Shown: positions 63,021-64,000 of the stretch, one piece after another
Numbering within the stretch: the stretch's first letter is position 1
Layout of the letters: every line of letters begins with the position of its first letter
Source: Callorhinchus milii
Taxonomy: Eukaryota
Direction of reading: 5' to 3'
DNA length: 64,000 nucleotides
Assembly (NCBI RefSeq): GCF_018977255.1
Contig: NW_024704743.1
Location: forward strand, 92,940,001-93,004,000
Translations under genes and position numbers: made by a program
The notes under the pieces: generated by a model
Databases searched by the model: none
Seen by the model: the letters and a program-made list of their open reading frames with translations, nothing else
What the model was told of the DNA's origin: nothing

Positions 63021-63149
63021 AAGTAAATTAGGATGGATGGAGGCTTATGTGGAGTATAAACATTTATATATCAGTACAGACTAATTGAGCCAAATGCTCT
63101 GTTTGGGTGATGAAGAGTCTATGTAATTCTATAAATTGCACTTCTTGCT

Positions 63150-63530
63150 CCTCCAATGATTCAGATAGTTCAGTCAATGAGTGGCTGAGCTGTAAAGACT
63201 GGGAGAGTTAGATCTAAACTTTGTTTTGAATCAGCTGATCTCAGACTAAGCAGTTGTGATGCAGTTGACCTGTGCATACTGTTTTACAAGGTTCCCACTC
63301 CCAATGGGCATCCACAAATTCCTTATGAAAACAAGCAGGTCAAGTCTTGAGAGTGTTTGGCTGTGACATCTCTTGCAGTTGAATATCCTCCCAGCACTCA
63401 CTGGAAGGCTATCGTATCCGATTGCATCTTGGATGATATATCGGACACAAACCTGTGCGCAAGAACCATACTCTCAAAAGACAACAAAAAGGAGTCAAAT
63501 TCCTTCCAAAAAGGAGGGAATTAATGTTGG
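63150..63530 (+). mobile_element. Old SINE-like repeat; relative of 12610-12900
   Basis: agctgatctcag...aggttcccactcc...gctgtgacatc...ctcactg...aaccatac. Confidence 0.45.
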
Positions 63531-63856
63531 AATAGATTGGCAAGGAAAATGAAGGAAAATATTCCCCAACTAAAGTTCTTACCTGTTTAACTAATATATT
63601 CTGTAACTAAAAATATAGGTTGTCAACGTATTCTGGAAAAGTTAACATTTCCCAAACTACAGTAAGGAGCATTACATGACACATATCTTATTACACTGAT
63701 GCACTAAATAATGCATTGTGAAGGGATAAACAATGGATATATGAACGGTCCCTTGGTGTTCTTAAATTGTTATGTGATTTGTGACTACTTTTCATGCAAA
63801 TGCTGGTCTCAAACCAATTGTGATGCAAATTGTATTTGTCCACAGTTCAGACTTAC

Positions 63857-63924
63857 CTTTGGCTACTTTTGCAATGCATTCATTACGGCTGTGCTTTATT
63901 TTTTTCTTCATTTTGTCTTCTTTC
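63857..63924 (-). other. Candidate 68-nt exon of a minus-strand transcript
   Basis: atcattatcttcag|GAAAGAAGAC...GTAGCCAAAG|gtaagtc, with a consensus donor. One frame is open: KEDKMKKKIKHSRNECIAKVAK. Confidence 0.3.
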
Positions 63925-64000
63925 CTGAAGATAATGATTTAACTGGTTCCATGGATCCTGGCACTGCTCAAATACTTTGCCTTGAAACAGTGGTGACAGG

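Overview
Repeat-rich vertebrate genomic DNA, intronic or intergenic. I could not identify any host protein-coding gene with confidence. The repeat content points to a cartilaginous fish, and from memory resembles a holocephalan such as Callorhinchus milii (not verified). The window contains: many 5'-truncated L2 LINEs with (TTG)n tails; CR1 LINEs with (ATTCTRTG)n-type tails, including a ~3.3 kb copy that keeps the end of the ORF1 esterase and a frameshifted APE-RT ORF2; a young tRNA-Ala(TGC)-headed SINE in two subfamilies that shares its 3' stem-loop with L2; older Deu-domain SINEs; a decayed Harbinger transposase; a Tx1-type LINE fragment; and an unclassified ~0.3-0.5 kb repeat present five times in one orientation. 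The observations most worth checking are a U2 snRNA fragment joined directly to a CR1 3' tail, a head-to-head SINE-in-SINE insertion forming a long fold-back, loop swapping in the SINE/L2 3' recognition hairpin, a three-level nested insertion, and several weak minus-strand exon candidates. All family calls come from motif recognition by eye, and boundaries are approximate.
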